DNA of 63,808 nt, filler included, from Octopus bimaculoides (lineage: Eukaryota): NCBI RefSeq assembly GCF_001194135.2. It is 6 parts of 6 records of this genome, joined end to end, with 100 filler letters (N's around TTAATTAATTAA, not from the genome) between each part and the next. Parts side by side here need not be neighbours in the genome. Positions count along the whole stretch, not along the records: positions 1 to 14,204 come from NC_068981.1; 5 more parts are not named here. One strand, 5' to 3'. The position numbers and the translations under genes were made by a program. The notes beneath the pieces are model-generated. The model was not told the origin of the DNA and did not search any database. It was given only the letters and a program-made list of their open reading frames with translations. Positions 1 to 12,789 of this stretch are shown piece after piece. Numbering within the stretch: the stretch's first letter is position 1; every line of letters starts with the position of its first letter.

Positions 1-152
1 CAACCATTTGGTCTTCTGTTGGTTGTTTTTCCTCGCATTGGGTACTAGATGTGGTTATTTTGAGAAGTCCACTGTGTGGCGTTATTATTTTTCTGTAATA
101 ATGCCCTTTATATAAATATAAAGTATATATATATATATATAAGTATATATAC

Positions 153-370
153 TCTCTTTTTACTCTTTTACCCGTTTCAGTCATTTGACTGTGGCCATGC
201 TGGAGCACCGCCTTTAGTCGAGCAAATCGACCCCGGGACTTATTCTTTGTAAGCCTAGTACTTATTCTATTGGTCTCTTTTGCTGAACCGCTAAGTGACG
301 GGGACATAAACGCACCAGCATCGTTTGTCAAGCAATGCTAGGGGGACAAACACAGACACACACACACACA
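153..370 (-). mobile_element. SINE family A, 3' half
   Basis: Same sequence (tcatttgactgtggccatgctggagcaccgcc...ggacaaacacagacac) recurs at 25535, 30483, 56788, 60905, 61770 and inverted at 25200, 63640. Confidence 0.85.
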
Positions 371-429
371 CATTTGCTGAACAACCACACAAATGCTCTG
401 TTTTGCTCATTCCTCCATCCAGCTGACAT

Positions 430-597
430 TGCTTGTACAAGTTCCAGGTGTGCCACAAGTCAGATGTCGACATGATTGCAGAGCAACGTGAAATAAAGTG
501 TTTTGTTCTAGAACAACAATACACCATGGAATGGGAATCAAAACCACGATCTCACTATTCTGAGTGCCACACCCTAACCACTGGGCCATGTGCCTTC
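430..597 (-). mobile_element. Degenerate tRNA-headed SINE (different family)
   Basis: Minus strand reads ggcacatggcccagtggttagggtg...gtggttttgattccc: A- and B-box-like head resembling 62107. Confidence 0.6.
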
Positions 598-942
598 AAA
601 TACATTGATTGATTGATGGAGTCATTCATTCATACTTTCTTCCTTTCCTTCTTTCTTGTCAATTATTTACCAACTTCTTAAGTGTAATGAATTTAAATGC
701 ATTACCTATTGAGAGTTAAGTGGTTTGAGCTGATGACACCTTAATGTATTTGTCACTGGAATACACAACTCTGCATGCATTGTTTGGTTGGTGGGTGGGA
801 AATATGATACAGTGATAACTAATTGCATTGATGCAAAACTTACAAAGTGAATATATTGGTGCAACAATTACTGCGATCTTTACCCACTTTTTAAAACATT
901 ATGAATGTTATCTGAGAGAAATAATTGTGTATTATAAGTGCA

Positions 943-1100
943 AGCGTGGCTGTGTGGTAAACCGTTTGCTTTCCAACTAAATAGTTCCAGGTTCATTCCC
1001 ACCGTGTGACACCTTGGGTGAGTGTCTCCCACTATAACATGAGGTTGAACAAAGCCTTGTGAGTAGATCTGGTAGATGGAAACTGAAAGAAGTCTGTCGT
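943..1100 (+). mobile_element. SINE family A, 5' half (tRNA-like head plus core)
   Basis: gcgtggctgtgtggtaa (A box), caggttcattccc (B box), accttggg...aaagccttgtgagt...gaaactgaaaga, then a microsatellite. Confidence 0.8.
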
Positions 1101-1320
1101 GTGTGTGTATATATGTATATATATATATATATTTGATTAATAAATTCAAAAAGGGATAAAACTCTTTTACAAGAGTTTTATCAAGAAGCCAGTGTGTAAA
1201 AAAATTTCATAAGGGAAATTTCTATTCCCAAGAATATAATTATACGTTTATATTTATATAAGGGGCATTACTACAGAATAATAATGCTACACATTGGACT
1301 TCTCAAAATAAACACATTTT

Positions 1321-1357
1321 TTTTAGTACCGAATGCGAGTCGCATTCGGTACTAAAA
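1321..1357. repeat. Perfect 37-bp palindrome (18-bp arms, 1-nt loop)
   Basis: ttttagtaccgaatgcga-g-tcgcattcggtactaaaa read directly. Confidence 0.95.
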
Positions 1358-2139
1358 TATATATNNNNNNNNNNNNNNNNNNNNNNNNNNNNNNNNNNNN
1401 NNNNNNNNNNNNNNNNNNNNNNNNNNNNNNNNNNNNNNNNNNNNNNNNNNNNNNNNNNNNNNNNNNNNNNNNNNNNNNNNNNNNNNNNNNNNNNNNNNNN
1501 NNNNNNNNNNNNNNNNNNNNNNNNNNNNNNNNNNNNNNNNNNNNNNNNNNNNNNNNNNNNNNNNNNNNNNNNNNNNNNNNNNNNNNNNNNNNNNNNNNNN
1601 NNNNNNNNNNNNNNNNNNNNNNNNNNNNNNNNNNNNNNNNNNNNNNNNNNNNNNNNNNNNNNNNNNNNNNNNNNNNNNNNNNNNNNNNNNNNNNNNNNNN
1701 NNNNNNNNNNNNNNNNNNNNNNNNNNNNNNNNNNNNNNNNNNNNNNNNNNNNNNNNNNNNNNNNNNNNNNNNNNNNNNNNNNNNNNNNNNNNNNNNNNNN
1801 NNNNNNNNNNNNNNNNNNNNNNNNNNNNNNNNNNNNNNNNNNNNNNNNNNNNNNNNNNNNNNNNNNNNNNNNNNNNNNNNNNNNNNNNNNNNNNNNNNNN
1901 NNNNNNNNNNNNNNNNNNNNNNNNNNNNNNNNNNNNNNNNNNNNNNNNNNNNNNNNNNNNNNNNNNNNNNNNNNNNNNNNNNNNNNNNNNNNNNNNNNNN
2001 NNNNNNNNNNNNNNNNNNNNNNNNNNNNNNNNNNNNNNNNNNNNNNNNNNNNNNNNNNNNNNNNNNNNNNNNNNNNNNNNNNNNNNNNNNNNNNNNNNNN
2101 NNNNNNNNNNNNNNNNNNNNNNNNNNNNNNNNNNNNNNT

Positions 2140-2474
2140 GTTTTTTATTATGATATTTTAACATTAATAAAAAAAAGTGTAATGTTCATTAAGTTCAATT
2201 AGCACTTTCATACGTTCGTGGTAATCATCAGATTTCAAAATGCTATTAACTGACAGTTGATTTCTTGACAGCTGCATGTGGATTGGTCAAAACCATATTC
2301 CAAAAATTGAGCTTGCTGGAGCATTCTAAGAGGTGCTAAAGTTGTCAAGAACTCAGCTGTCAGTTAAATACATTTTAAAATCTGATGATTACTACGAACA
2401 TATGAAAGCTCTAATTGAACTTTATGAATGTTACAAAATATTTTTTTTAATGTTAAAATACCATAATAAAAAAC
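2140..2474. mobile_element. Fold-back MITE, about 130-bp imperfect inverted arms; left end lost in gap
   Basis: 2140-2272 is the reverse complement of 2341-2474 (e.g. gtaatcatcagattt / aaatctgatgattac). Confidence 0.8.
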
Positions 2475-2549
2475 GTGAAAACCAGACTATGTTTTAGCTT
2501 TATTCAACTGATTATTCTATTCACACAAATTCGGAAATACCACCTTACT

Positions 2550-2656
2550 GGTCCTCGTGCTGGTGGCATGTAAAAGCACCTACTACACTCTTGGAGTGGT
2601 TGGTATTAGGAAGGGCATCCAGTTGTAGAAACTCTGCCAGATAAGATTGGAGCCTG
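2550..2656 (+). mobile_element. SINE/LINE-tail family D fragment
   Basis: taaaagcacc-tactacactc...aggaagggcatccag-tgtagaaactctgcc, also at 5870-6070, 22990-23263 and 48472-48700. Confidence 0.7.
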
Positions 2657-5600
2657 TGGTTTTTGTCACTGTTTACAATGACCTTTAAAGAAATTTTTTA
2701 ATGTATCATATACATGTAACTTTTGACACTGAATCCGAATTTCTTATTCATTTATTCTAGAAAAATTTTGCAAAAATGTTTCAGGTATTCAAAGTGTGAT
2801 AATTTTCAGAATTTTCATTGGCATGTCAAAACATTAAACTAGAATTTTATAAAATAAATTATCTTTCTTGTATCTCCTCCTCCTTGTGCGCATGTGCAGC
2901 ATCTTTGGTTACTATGGAAACAGTTCTTCACAATCAGCTATGCAACACGTGGTGTTTCTTTGCTTTGGTTACTATGGAAATAAAAATTTTTGCCACAGTG
3001 ATATGTAAAATACTCACTTCTGATTGGCTAAAATACTCAAATTTTGAAAATTTTAAAGGCTAATAACTTTTTAATTATGGATTTATAGGAAAAATGAATT
3101 TCATTTTCATAATTAGTATACAAAACTTAATCCATATACCAAATTTGAAAACAATTGGAACAGGATTGTAAACAGAAGCGAAAACCACAAAGATCCAGAA
3201 ATGAATAGAATATGCATTTGTTATTGTAATAAATAAACAAATATTTATTGGTAGAAATTTATCAAAGGATAAATATTTTCATTAAGTAAACTTACAACAT
3301 ATAAAAGACGTGGAAGTCGGAAGGTAAGTATTCACCACATTCTCTTTTCCCAGCTTACTCACATCACCATCTCTATCGCTGAACAAGCCTTAATGTTCAT
3401 TCAAAAGTAATATTCTTTCATAATTTTGAAAATTCTCCTCCCACCCCCAGCGAACAACATTTACAAGTAATCCAGAAAATGCTCAGCGTTGATGTATAAA
3501 CAACTTTGGCATATCAAGCAGGAAGTTCTCTTTCTCACAATTTTCAATATCACAGGCTTGCAGACAATTCATTTAAAATAATGCTTTTCATTTGTGCACA
3601 CACATGCACGCGCGCGCGTGCACACACACACATGCGTTCCTTTGATGCAGGTGCATCCAGAATGTACCTCTAGTCGGAGGGAGAGAGGGCTGCATCAGCA
3701 CCCAGCAGGTACTCATGGCTGAGTGGACTGGACCAACATGAAAATGAAGTGATTTTTTTTTCAGGGACACAATGCACCAACCAGTTCAGGAATTGAACCC
3801 CCATGTTCTTCTGATCAAGACTCAAAGAAACTAACCACAAGGCCATGCAGCTTTAGGATTAAAAGTAGTCAAGCAGGAAACTAATGAGATTCGATGTTTA
3901 GCTCAATTTATCTCATCTTTGTGAAATAAACAAATAATGTATCTGTTTATCACTTGTCATATGTAGATAAGATATAATCAAGCTGATTAATTCTCTTTGA
4001 ACTGTTACTTCTATTAGGTTATGCAACCATCCTGCTTTCTATCAAATCAGCTCAGGATACTTCTGTTAACCCACATAATGGGTTCAATAATTATCCATCT
4101 TCAAAGGGGTCGTTAATGATTTCTATAAAAAGAATTATTTACATAAATCATAATGGTTACACACACACAGGCGTAGTCTTCCAGCATTATAGTTAATTCA
4201 TTTGAAATGAGTATTATTCTACATGAATCAACAAACGCCATTCATTTGAAGTTAATGTTAGTTGTGTATATGAATTTTCTAAAGAATAAGTCTCCCTATA
4301 TAGCGTTCACAGAAACAATTTGACAACCCGATTAGCATATCATCATAATCAACATAATCATTGTAATCATTATAATCATCATCATCATTGTTATAATTGG
4401 TTGTTGTTGTCATTGAAATCATTGTCGTCGTTGCTGTCATCATCATCATCATCATCACAATTTTTTCATTCTCATTGTAATTTTTAACATCAGCATTCTC
4501 CTCATCAGCATAATCATTATAATTTTCATTGTCATGATAACCATCGTCATTTCTATATTCAGCACAACTGATTTTTTTTTTTTTTTGTCTGTACTTCACT
4601 GCAATATCCACAGAATTGACTGATATTAGAATCTCAGCCTCGTCTTTGCTTCCATCATCCATTCTTTTCTAGGAAAGAAAGTCTATTGTCTCTTTTAGCA
4701 TGGTCATGAGACTGTTTTTGCTTGTAAACAAGGAGAGAGAGAGAGAGAGAGAGAGAGATAGTGTGTGTGTGTGTGCCTGTACATGTGTGTGCCTGTACAT
4801 GTGTGCATAATTGCAAAATAATATCGTGTATTAATTTGTCTTACATGATGTCTGTGTTGTCAATATTACATATGTTGTAGGTTTATGATTTCTCTTAATA
4901 CCTGGCTGCACTCTAATTTATTTATTTAGGTCAGTGTTTTTCAGTATAATATGTATGCATGCATGTATGTATGTATGTATGTATGCATGTATGTATGCAT
5001 GTATGTATGTATGCATGTATGTATGTATGTATGTATGTATGTATGTGTGTGTATATGTATACATGTATATACATATGAATATGTATGCATATGCATGTAT
5101 ATATGTATACATATACATCTGTATATAAGTGTATATATACATATAAATGTATATACATGTATATATACATATGCACACACACACACACACATATATGTAT
5201 ATATGTATACATATGTATGTATACAAATACATGTTTATATAATATATATATATATATANNNNNNNNNNNNNNNNNNNNNNNNNNNNNNNNNNNNNNNNNN
5301 NNNNNNNNNNNNNNNNNNNNNNNNNNNNNNNNNNNNNNNNNNNNNNNNNNNNNNNNNNNNNNNNNNNNNNNNNNNNNNNNNNNNNNNNNNNNNNNNNNNN
5401 NNNNNNNNNNNNNNNNNNNNNNNNNNNNNNNNNNNNNNNNNNNNNNNNNNNNNNNNNNNNNNNNNNNNNNNNNNNNNNNNNNNNNNNNNNNNNNNNNNNN
5501 NNNNNNNNNNNNNNNNNNNNNNNNNNNNNNNNNNNNNNNNNNNNNNNNNNNNNNNNNNNNNNNNNNNNNNNNNNNNNNNNNNNNNNNNNNNNNNNNNNNN

Positions 5601-5869
5601 NNNNNNNNNNNNNNNNNNNNNNNNNNNNNNNNNNNNNNNNNNNNNNNNNNNNNNNNNNNNNNNNNNNNNNNNNNNNNNNNNNNNNNNNNNNNNNNNNNNN
5701 NNNNNNNNNNNNNNNNNNNNNNNNNNNNNNNNNNNNNNNNNNNNNNNNNNNNNNNNNNNNNNNNNNNNNNNNNNNNNNNNNNNNNNNNNNNNNNNNNNNN
5801 NNNNNNNNNNNNNNNNNNNNNNNNNNNNNNNNNNNNNTCCTCCTCCATCTCCTTCCCTTTTTCCTTTAA

Positions 5870-6070
5870 TGTCTGTTTTCCATGCTGGAATGGGTTGGGC
5901 AGTTTGACCAAAACTAGCAAGCAGGAGAGTTGCACCAGGTTCCAGTTTAATTTGGCTTGAGTTCTACGGCTAGATGCCCTTCCTTATGCCAACCACTTTA
6001 CAGTGAATGTTAGGTGCTTTCAACGTGGCACTGGCATAAGTGCTTTTTGTGTGGAACCAGCACAGGGCTC
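5870..6070 (-). mobile_element. Family D fragment in the SRXN1 intron
   Basis: gagttctacggctagatgcccttccttatgccaaccac is the reverse complement of the family D core. Confidence 0.65.
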
Positions 6071-6182
6071 TTGCCAACCAATCTTATTCACCAAGGGAAG
6101 CAACATCAACACTTCTGCTGTGGAGAACGGGTCTTTATATAAACATACATACTCATGTGTTTTAATCTTTTAATCGTTACAG

Positions 6183-6392
6183 AATCCCAATACCAGGCAT
6201 CTTGTGCCACCCATTGATCTTTTGTGGATCACAGGATCAGAAGGTGGAAACTATTATTATTCATTTGGTGGTTGTCACAGATTTGAAGCATACACAGCTT
6301 TACAAGAGAAAAGCATTCCTTGTAAACTAATTAAAGGTACAGCAGAAGACCTTAAGGTTTACATGGGATCATCTGCTCCTGATCTTCGATAG
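6183..6392 (+). CDS. SRXN1: Sulfiredoxin, terminal coding exon ([69 protein letters not shown])
   Basis: Acceptor ttttaatcgttacag at 6168-6182, phase 0. Contains the sulfiredoxin signatures PPIDVLW-like and FGGCHR (catalytic Cys) and the C-terminal DLxxYxGxSxPDL. TAG at 6390-6392. Upstream exon not found in called bases. Confidence 0.93.
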   Translation, partial: NPNTRHLVPPIDLLWITGSEGGNYYYSFGGCHRFEAYTALQEKSIPCKLIKGTAEDLKVYMGSSAPDLR

Positions 6393-6546
6393 AAAAGGTA
6401 AATATTGTCTTTTTTTAAGACGAAACATTTTACTCTATTTAAGTTGATCTTTTTAGCTTAGTGCTAGGTTACAAATTTCAGTTTGTATAGTCAGTTAAAT
6501 TAATTACATTATATTATTGGTATTATCTTATTGATTATCCATGGAG

Positions 6547-6552
6547 AATAAA
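6547..6552 (+). terminator. Candidate polyadenylation signal for SRXN1
   Basis: First AATAAA about 155 nt after the stop codon; the sequence is AT-rich, so chance occurrence is possible. Confidence 0.3.
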
Positions 6553-9500
6553 AGTTTTAATGAATCTCAGTGAGAGTTGAACTCATGACATATAGATATG
6601 TAACTAGAACTACAATGTGTTTCACCTGCATTTCTATTTCAGCCACGTGTTTCACCTGTATTTCTATTTTAGCCACACCACTGCTTGTATTTACTCCATA
6701 AACAGTGAAAGTGACTGTAAGTGGTATTCAATTGGCTAAAAACAGTGCCCCAGTCTTCTTTGAACCATGTTGTACAGTCTTAAAAAGAAAAAGTGAACCA
6801 ACTGAAAACTGTAAATACACTGTGCCTGAAAATTCCACAAAATAGTAAATTGCTGGAATACCTTTGACTGCAGGTTTCCTTGATCAAGGATGATCTTGGG
6901 TTAAAATAACACTAACAACTCCATAAACACTTCTGGATATATGTGTAGAAGTACATTAACCATCTGACCAAGTTAAACTTGATCTTCTCCTCCACCAGCC
7001 TGTCTCCCACTAACCTACAGTTATACATAATTAGACTCTAACCTACATTATAAATGCATAATAAAGTGGACTTTGTGATTTGTCAACCAATTAGAAGCTT
7101 TGTATATACTGTGTGTTGGATCGATTTGTTGAGCCAGATGTTTGATTGACTGCCTACATGCCATACTTGTATTTTACAAAGCTGACTGCAGCTATACAAC
7201 AACTACAATAATCAAAGCAAGTATTTAAATTATGAGAATCATCTAATATATTGTACTATTAAAAAAAAAATGGTGTCAAATTTTAAGTAAAAAAAACTTA
7301 CATAAATTAAGAAAAAATAAATAATGATCTATTAATTTAACTTAAAGCCGTAGGAATGTGAGATTAAATGACTTAAAGATGTATTAAGTATATCTTTAAA
7401 TAAATTTTTCTTGCCTTCTTGAGACTACTTTATTTTAGCTTGCCAGAGAACAATTTTTTCAACAGACAATAGTCTGATATATGAGCTGCATGTTCTGTCC
7501 TGCATAATTGGGAATGCATACGTATCAAAAGTTATTAGAAACTGAATAAACCTGCTTGGGAAGTAACTAGAGATTTAGAATCCAGTTAGTACTTTCAGGA
7601 GTTGAAGTTAGAATATAAAGCATTCTATATTGTGACGCATTTCTTAAATACAAGTGAAGGTAATTATATTGAAGAAGGACCAAGACTGAATTACAAAGAT
7701 GCCAGAAGCCTGTCTCCTCTTCATGCCATTTGCATTATGTATTTTCACTTTACATTAACACAAGACTACCACACTTAGAGAGGGGGTGTAATTGATAGAT
7801 TTTAATTTACTATGAACCATATCAGAACACCACCTTCAAAAGTTTTTATCCAACCATATTACCCCAGTATTCTATTTGGCACTTATTTTATTGACTTTGT
7901 AAAAGAAAAAGGCAAAGCTGATCTTAATGCAAGGAAACATAACCAAATACCTGAAGGTGATCTTGCCCAATAATTCTGCCTTGTCACATTGATGTACATA
8001 TATTTCCTAGGAGCATCTGTGCTGTTTCTGTCCACCAACTTTCATTCAAAAGGAATGCTCTGGTCAAATTGAAACTATGGTAGAAAATACTTGCTTAAGA
8101 TGCTGCACAGTCAGATTGGATCTAGAACCAAGTAATTATGAAGTGAACCTCTTAACCAAAGAGCTATACCTTCATTTATTGCTAACTTTGGTAAATCGCC
8201 ATCATAACCAACAATGCTAGATTTCATTCGTTCTCATGAACTAGAAAAGGAGAGGGCAACAATAGTAACTAGCTTCTCAACCTATTCTCTATTACTTTCA
8301 CTTCTTGGAAAATACAGTTGTTTGATGGTTGTGATTTTGTTTAGTGTGTAATAGTTTTTGAAGAATATTCCTTATGTTGCAGACTATCAGATCAAGATCT
8401 TTTACAAACCAGTCCAATACTACAACACCGTTTATTTTTTACTTCTGTTCTTTTAACATATTTTTCTCCACACTAACATTTGGTTGACAGTGTCTTTGAT
8501 TTTCCCTGACTCTTGTACCAGCTGCATTTCATCTGTCTTCCCTAACATTTTTAGGCCTATCACCAGTGCTAACAAACACAACTATATTTATAACATTGAG
8601 GACATTTTTGCTATCTCAGTAGGCTTGTTAGAATTGTTTTGATTTTGTTGAAATATCCATTTCTCATTCCTATTGTCTTTATATACAGTTTTATTCTCAG
8701 CTGGATACAAATACTTATAGAATACATAATTATTCAGTTCCTGTAATATCACTGCATGGCATCTTGGGCAAGTGTTCTGTTATAACCTTGAGCCAGCCAA
8801 ATCCCTGTGAGTGAATTTGGTAGGTGGAAGCTCTATTATGTATATGTGTGTGTGTGTGAAAGTGCTTGTACCTCCTTTGATAGGAGGGAAAACTTGCTTT
8901 CAATGCAGTTTCAAATCATCAGCCTAACTTGTCAATCTGTCTCTTGTGGTTAACTGCTTGTAGTTTTTCCAGTCCAAATTTTATTTTAATGTCTTTTCTA
9001 AACTGTTTCAAATCACTGAGGATACTTACTCTCAAAACAAGGACTGTTTGCTGTACATAAGGTCATCTACTTTGTGGAACAATTTATAAATTGCTGGGCC
9101 AGTAGTTTGATATGTCAGTAATTTGTTATTTGCTGTTGTTAACCTTAACCTCATATATGAAGCCATATATGTATTAAAGTAAACAGTAAGATCTGAGAAA
9201 ACTAGTGATGGTCTATGTTGGAAATTAGTGAGTTTAAGCAGTTCAAAAAGGGACTAAACAGGTTTCACTTGAGGAAGAAGGGAAAAAAATTAACATTTTA
9301 GGTGGTACCTAGTTTTGGTTTATTCATCTTGATGTAAGTTGGGGATATTGGGTTGTGAAGTGTGTTAAATGACAAATATCAATAATTTTAATAGTGATTT
9401 TAATCCCAAAGGTTTTCCAGTTGCCAAAACTAGTTGTGGGAACCTATGAAAAATCATTATGTTGGAATATATTTTTATTGATATAATTTTATTTAAAGCT

Positions 9501-9689
9501 AACTTTTTTAATTACTCATGAATTTTAAAATTAATAAATATGTAATTTAGATTTCTTGTAATTACTTGTTTAAGGTAACAAATAAAAATCTGAACAAATT
9601 CTAAGAAAATTAAAAATAAAATAATAGGGTTGCTTATTCTGAAACAATAACTTTTTTTTTCATATTTTGTTAGAACTTTTGATAAAATA

Positions 9690-10357
<668 letters not shown>

Positions 10358-10720
10358 TTTTCTTTCTTCAAATTTTCTTCCCTTTCTCGCCGAGTGTTTT
10401 CCGTACACCTAGGGCAGAGAAGCTCATTGTATGCATTCCCAGTTTACACATGCAAAATCACAGGTAAAATATGTATGTAAAAAAAATTAATAAATAAATA
10501 AATTCATGAATGGATGTTGTTTTCACAGCAATAATGCTCTTCTCAGTACATGAGTCGTTCCAGTTAACACGATTTTTTGCACTTCCTGTAGGGATGGTAA
10601 GCCTGGTATCATTTTCAAATAGGTTTCAGTACCTTTTTTTATCATTCCTAGAGATCCTACAATCACTGGTATGGTAGTTGCCTTGAGGTGCCACATTTTT
10701 TCAATTTCTATTAGTAAGTC

Positions 10721-10723
<3 letters not shown>
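10358..10723 (-). mobile_element. 5'-truncated R4/Dong-like LINE: C-terminus of the restriction-like endonuclease region plus 3'UTR
   Basis: 10723->10523 translates without stops to KDLLIEIEKMWHLKATTIPVIVGSLGMIKKGTETYLKMIPGLPSLQEVQKIVLTGTTHVLRRALLL*, matching the R4-clade KYxDL..E..xxW...PVxxGxLG...QK..LxGT..ILR pattern. Preceded by (TAA)n on its sense strand. Confidence 0.75.
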
Positions 10724-10779
<56 letters not shown>

Positions 10780-11269
10780 CATTATTATTATTTTTATTTA
10801 TTTATTTATTTATTTATTTATTATTATTTTTTTTACTTCAGGAAGAAATGGTTTGGAAGATGTGAAAGTCCTGTGGTTGAAGAATAAAAAAAAAACAAAA
10901 AAAACAGAAACTGCTTTTTTAGTCTGTGATGATATTGTAAATGCATTCCTTAAATTTCAAGTTTTATATAAAGGCAATTACTCTTTTCAAGATACATTTT
11001 CATTTAACCTTATTTGTTGAAACCACCCATCCTCCAATATATGTCAATATTTAACATTCCCAAGAAAAAAACTCTAGTACTGAGTATGAATGTTTGAAAT
11101 AAAATTAGAAAACAAATTTAGTTCATGGATGAGTTTTTCACATTTCAGAACTAAGGTGATTTTTAAACATAACAATTAGTGAGAGAAATATGGTTGATTA
11201 TATCAACTACATTACTTTTTAGAAACTGTGAAACGTAAAAAAAGAAAAAAAAAAAAAAGAAATAATAAT

Positions 11270-11485
11270 GGTCTTTGATTTTGGCACCAGGCAAGCAATT
11301 TTGAGGAGAGGGGGTTAGTTAGTGCAATTAACATCATTACTTAGATTGGTATTTTATTTCATTGACCTTGGAATGGTGAAAGTTGAAGTTGGCCTTGGTG
11401 GAATTTGAACTGAGAATGTAAAGAGCTGGAACAAATTCTACGAACCATTTTTATCCAATGCTCTAACGATTCTGCCAGCATGCCA
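11270..11485 (-). mobile_element. SINE family C, degenerate
   Basis: gctctaacgattctgccagc head and gaaagttgaagttggccttggtggaatttgaact core in reverse. Confidence 0.7.
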
Positions 11486-12789
11486 ACAATAAAACAATGT
11501 AGGAGCGCTATGTGGGTGCTTGACTTGCTAGACATAGTACCCAAATTTCCCTTAAACCATTTCCTAACACCTTTAAAAGGGATACATTAGCTACATTGGT
11601 GAGACATCTTTAAATTGTAGGACTGTTCAATCGGGGTGAAATTGGAGTTAAAGAATAAAAGGGGTATCTTGTTGACAATGAGAGTAAAAACTGGCTATAA
11701 AAGATGCATGGAGTAGTCTGAGAGTCTTTCAGTCATTTGGTGCCATAAGATGAAGAAGATGAGATGTAACAATTGAAAATGATTAAAGAATTGGCCATGA
11801 CTTGAAATAGCTGGAAGTGTTATCGTCACCAAATATTGTGTGTGTGTGTGCATGTTCACTGTTCTAAGTTACGGATCCATTTTTATATTTGTATATGTAC
11901 TAATTTTATTAATTACCATCTATAATCATTTTTTACATTTCTGTTTACAGTCTTGTATTTCTTAGTCTAATGATATTTATTTGCCACTTTTTAATTTTGC
12001 TGATACAGGTAAATAAAAATTGTAACTTCAATTGCACATGCATTACTTATTCATTTAAAATTTGAGAAAGTATCTTACAATATTCATGCAATATTCACAT
12101 ATGTATACTTAACTCTGAAAAACATACTTCAATAAATATACTTAACTATCTTGCCTTCCTGTAATACTTCTTTTGTAGGGAGCATGGTTACTAGTTTGTT
12201 GTGACTGCATCTTCTGAGGTCTTCTTTTTGATCTGCTTCTACAAAGAGGCACCATTCAATACTAGTTTACCGAATCTTTTGTTGGAAAATAAAGTCATAC
12301 ACACAATGTTAAACTTTAGTTAGTTATCTCCATTATTTTCCAACAACAACTTTGGTCTCCTTTTTGCCATGCTTATGAAATAAAAAAAACAAAAAAAACC
12401 TACCAGCATTGCACCCATGATTTTTGGAAACTTTTTTTCACACTCAGAATTAATGAAGCAGGGAATTAACTACCTGCACTAGTTAATTGTTAAAACTCTG
12501 CATTCCTTTGAAAATTCCAAGCTTCAGGAAATTTACCAACACTTCTACTGATGTTCCTATGCAGCCTTTCCTTTTTTATGGCTCTTTTACTGTGCACTTT
12601 TCTGTGCTTCATCCCTTTTTGTTTTACTTGACTTATTGCCATTTTTTAATCTCCTCTCTTGCCTTTTCCTGATGAGTTGAGCACTGTATTATTGTTGTTG
12701 TTGTTATTATTATTATTATCATTATTGTTAAAATTAAAAGAAGAGTGCCATTGTTATCTAGTGAATGATATTTCGACATCTTGTGTGTC

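Noticed and set aside
4279-4662. 127-aa Asp/Asn-rich ORF on the minus strand
   Set aside because: Composition follows degenerate (ATC)/(GTT) repeats; no recognisable domain.
6617-6676. 30-bp tandem duplication downstream of SRXN1
   Set aside because: Real (2 copies, 2 mismatches) but it lies in degenerate repeat-like sequence with no sign of function.
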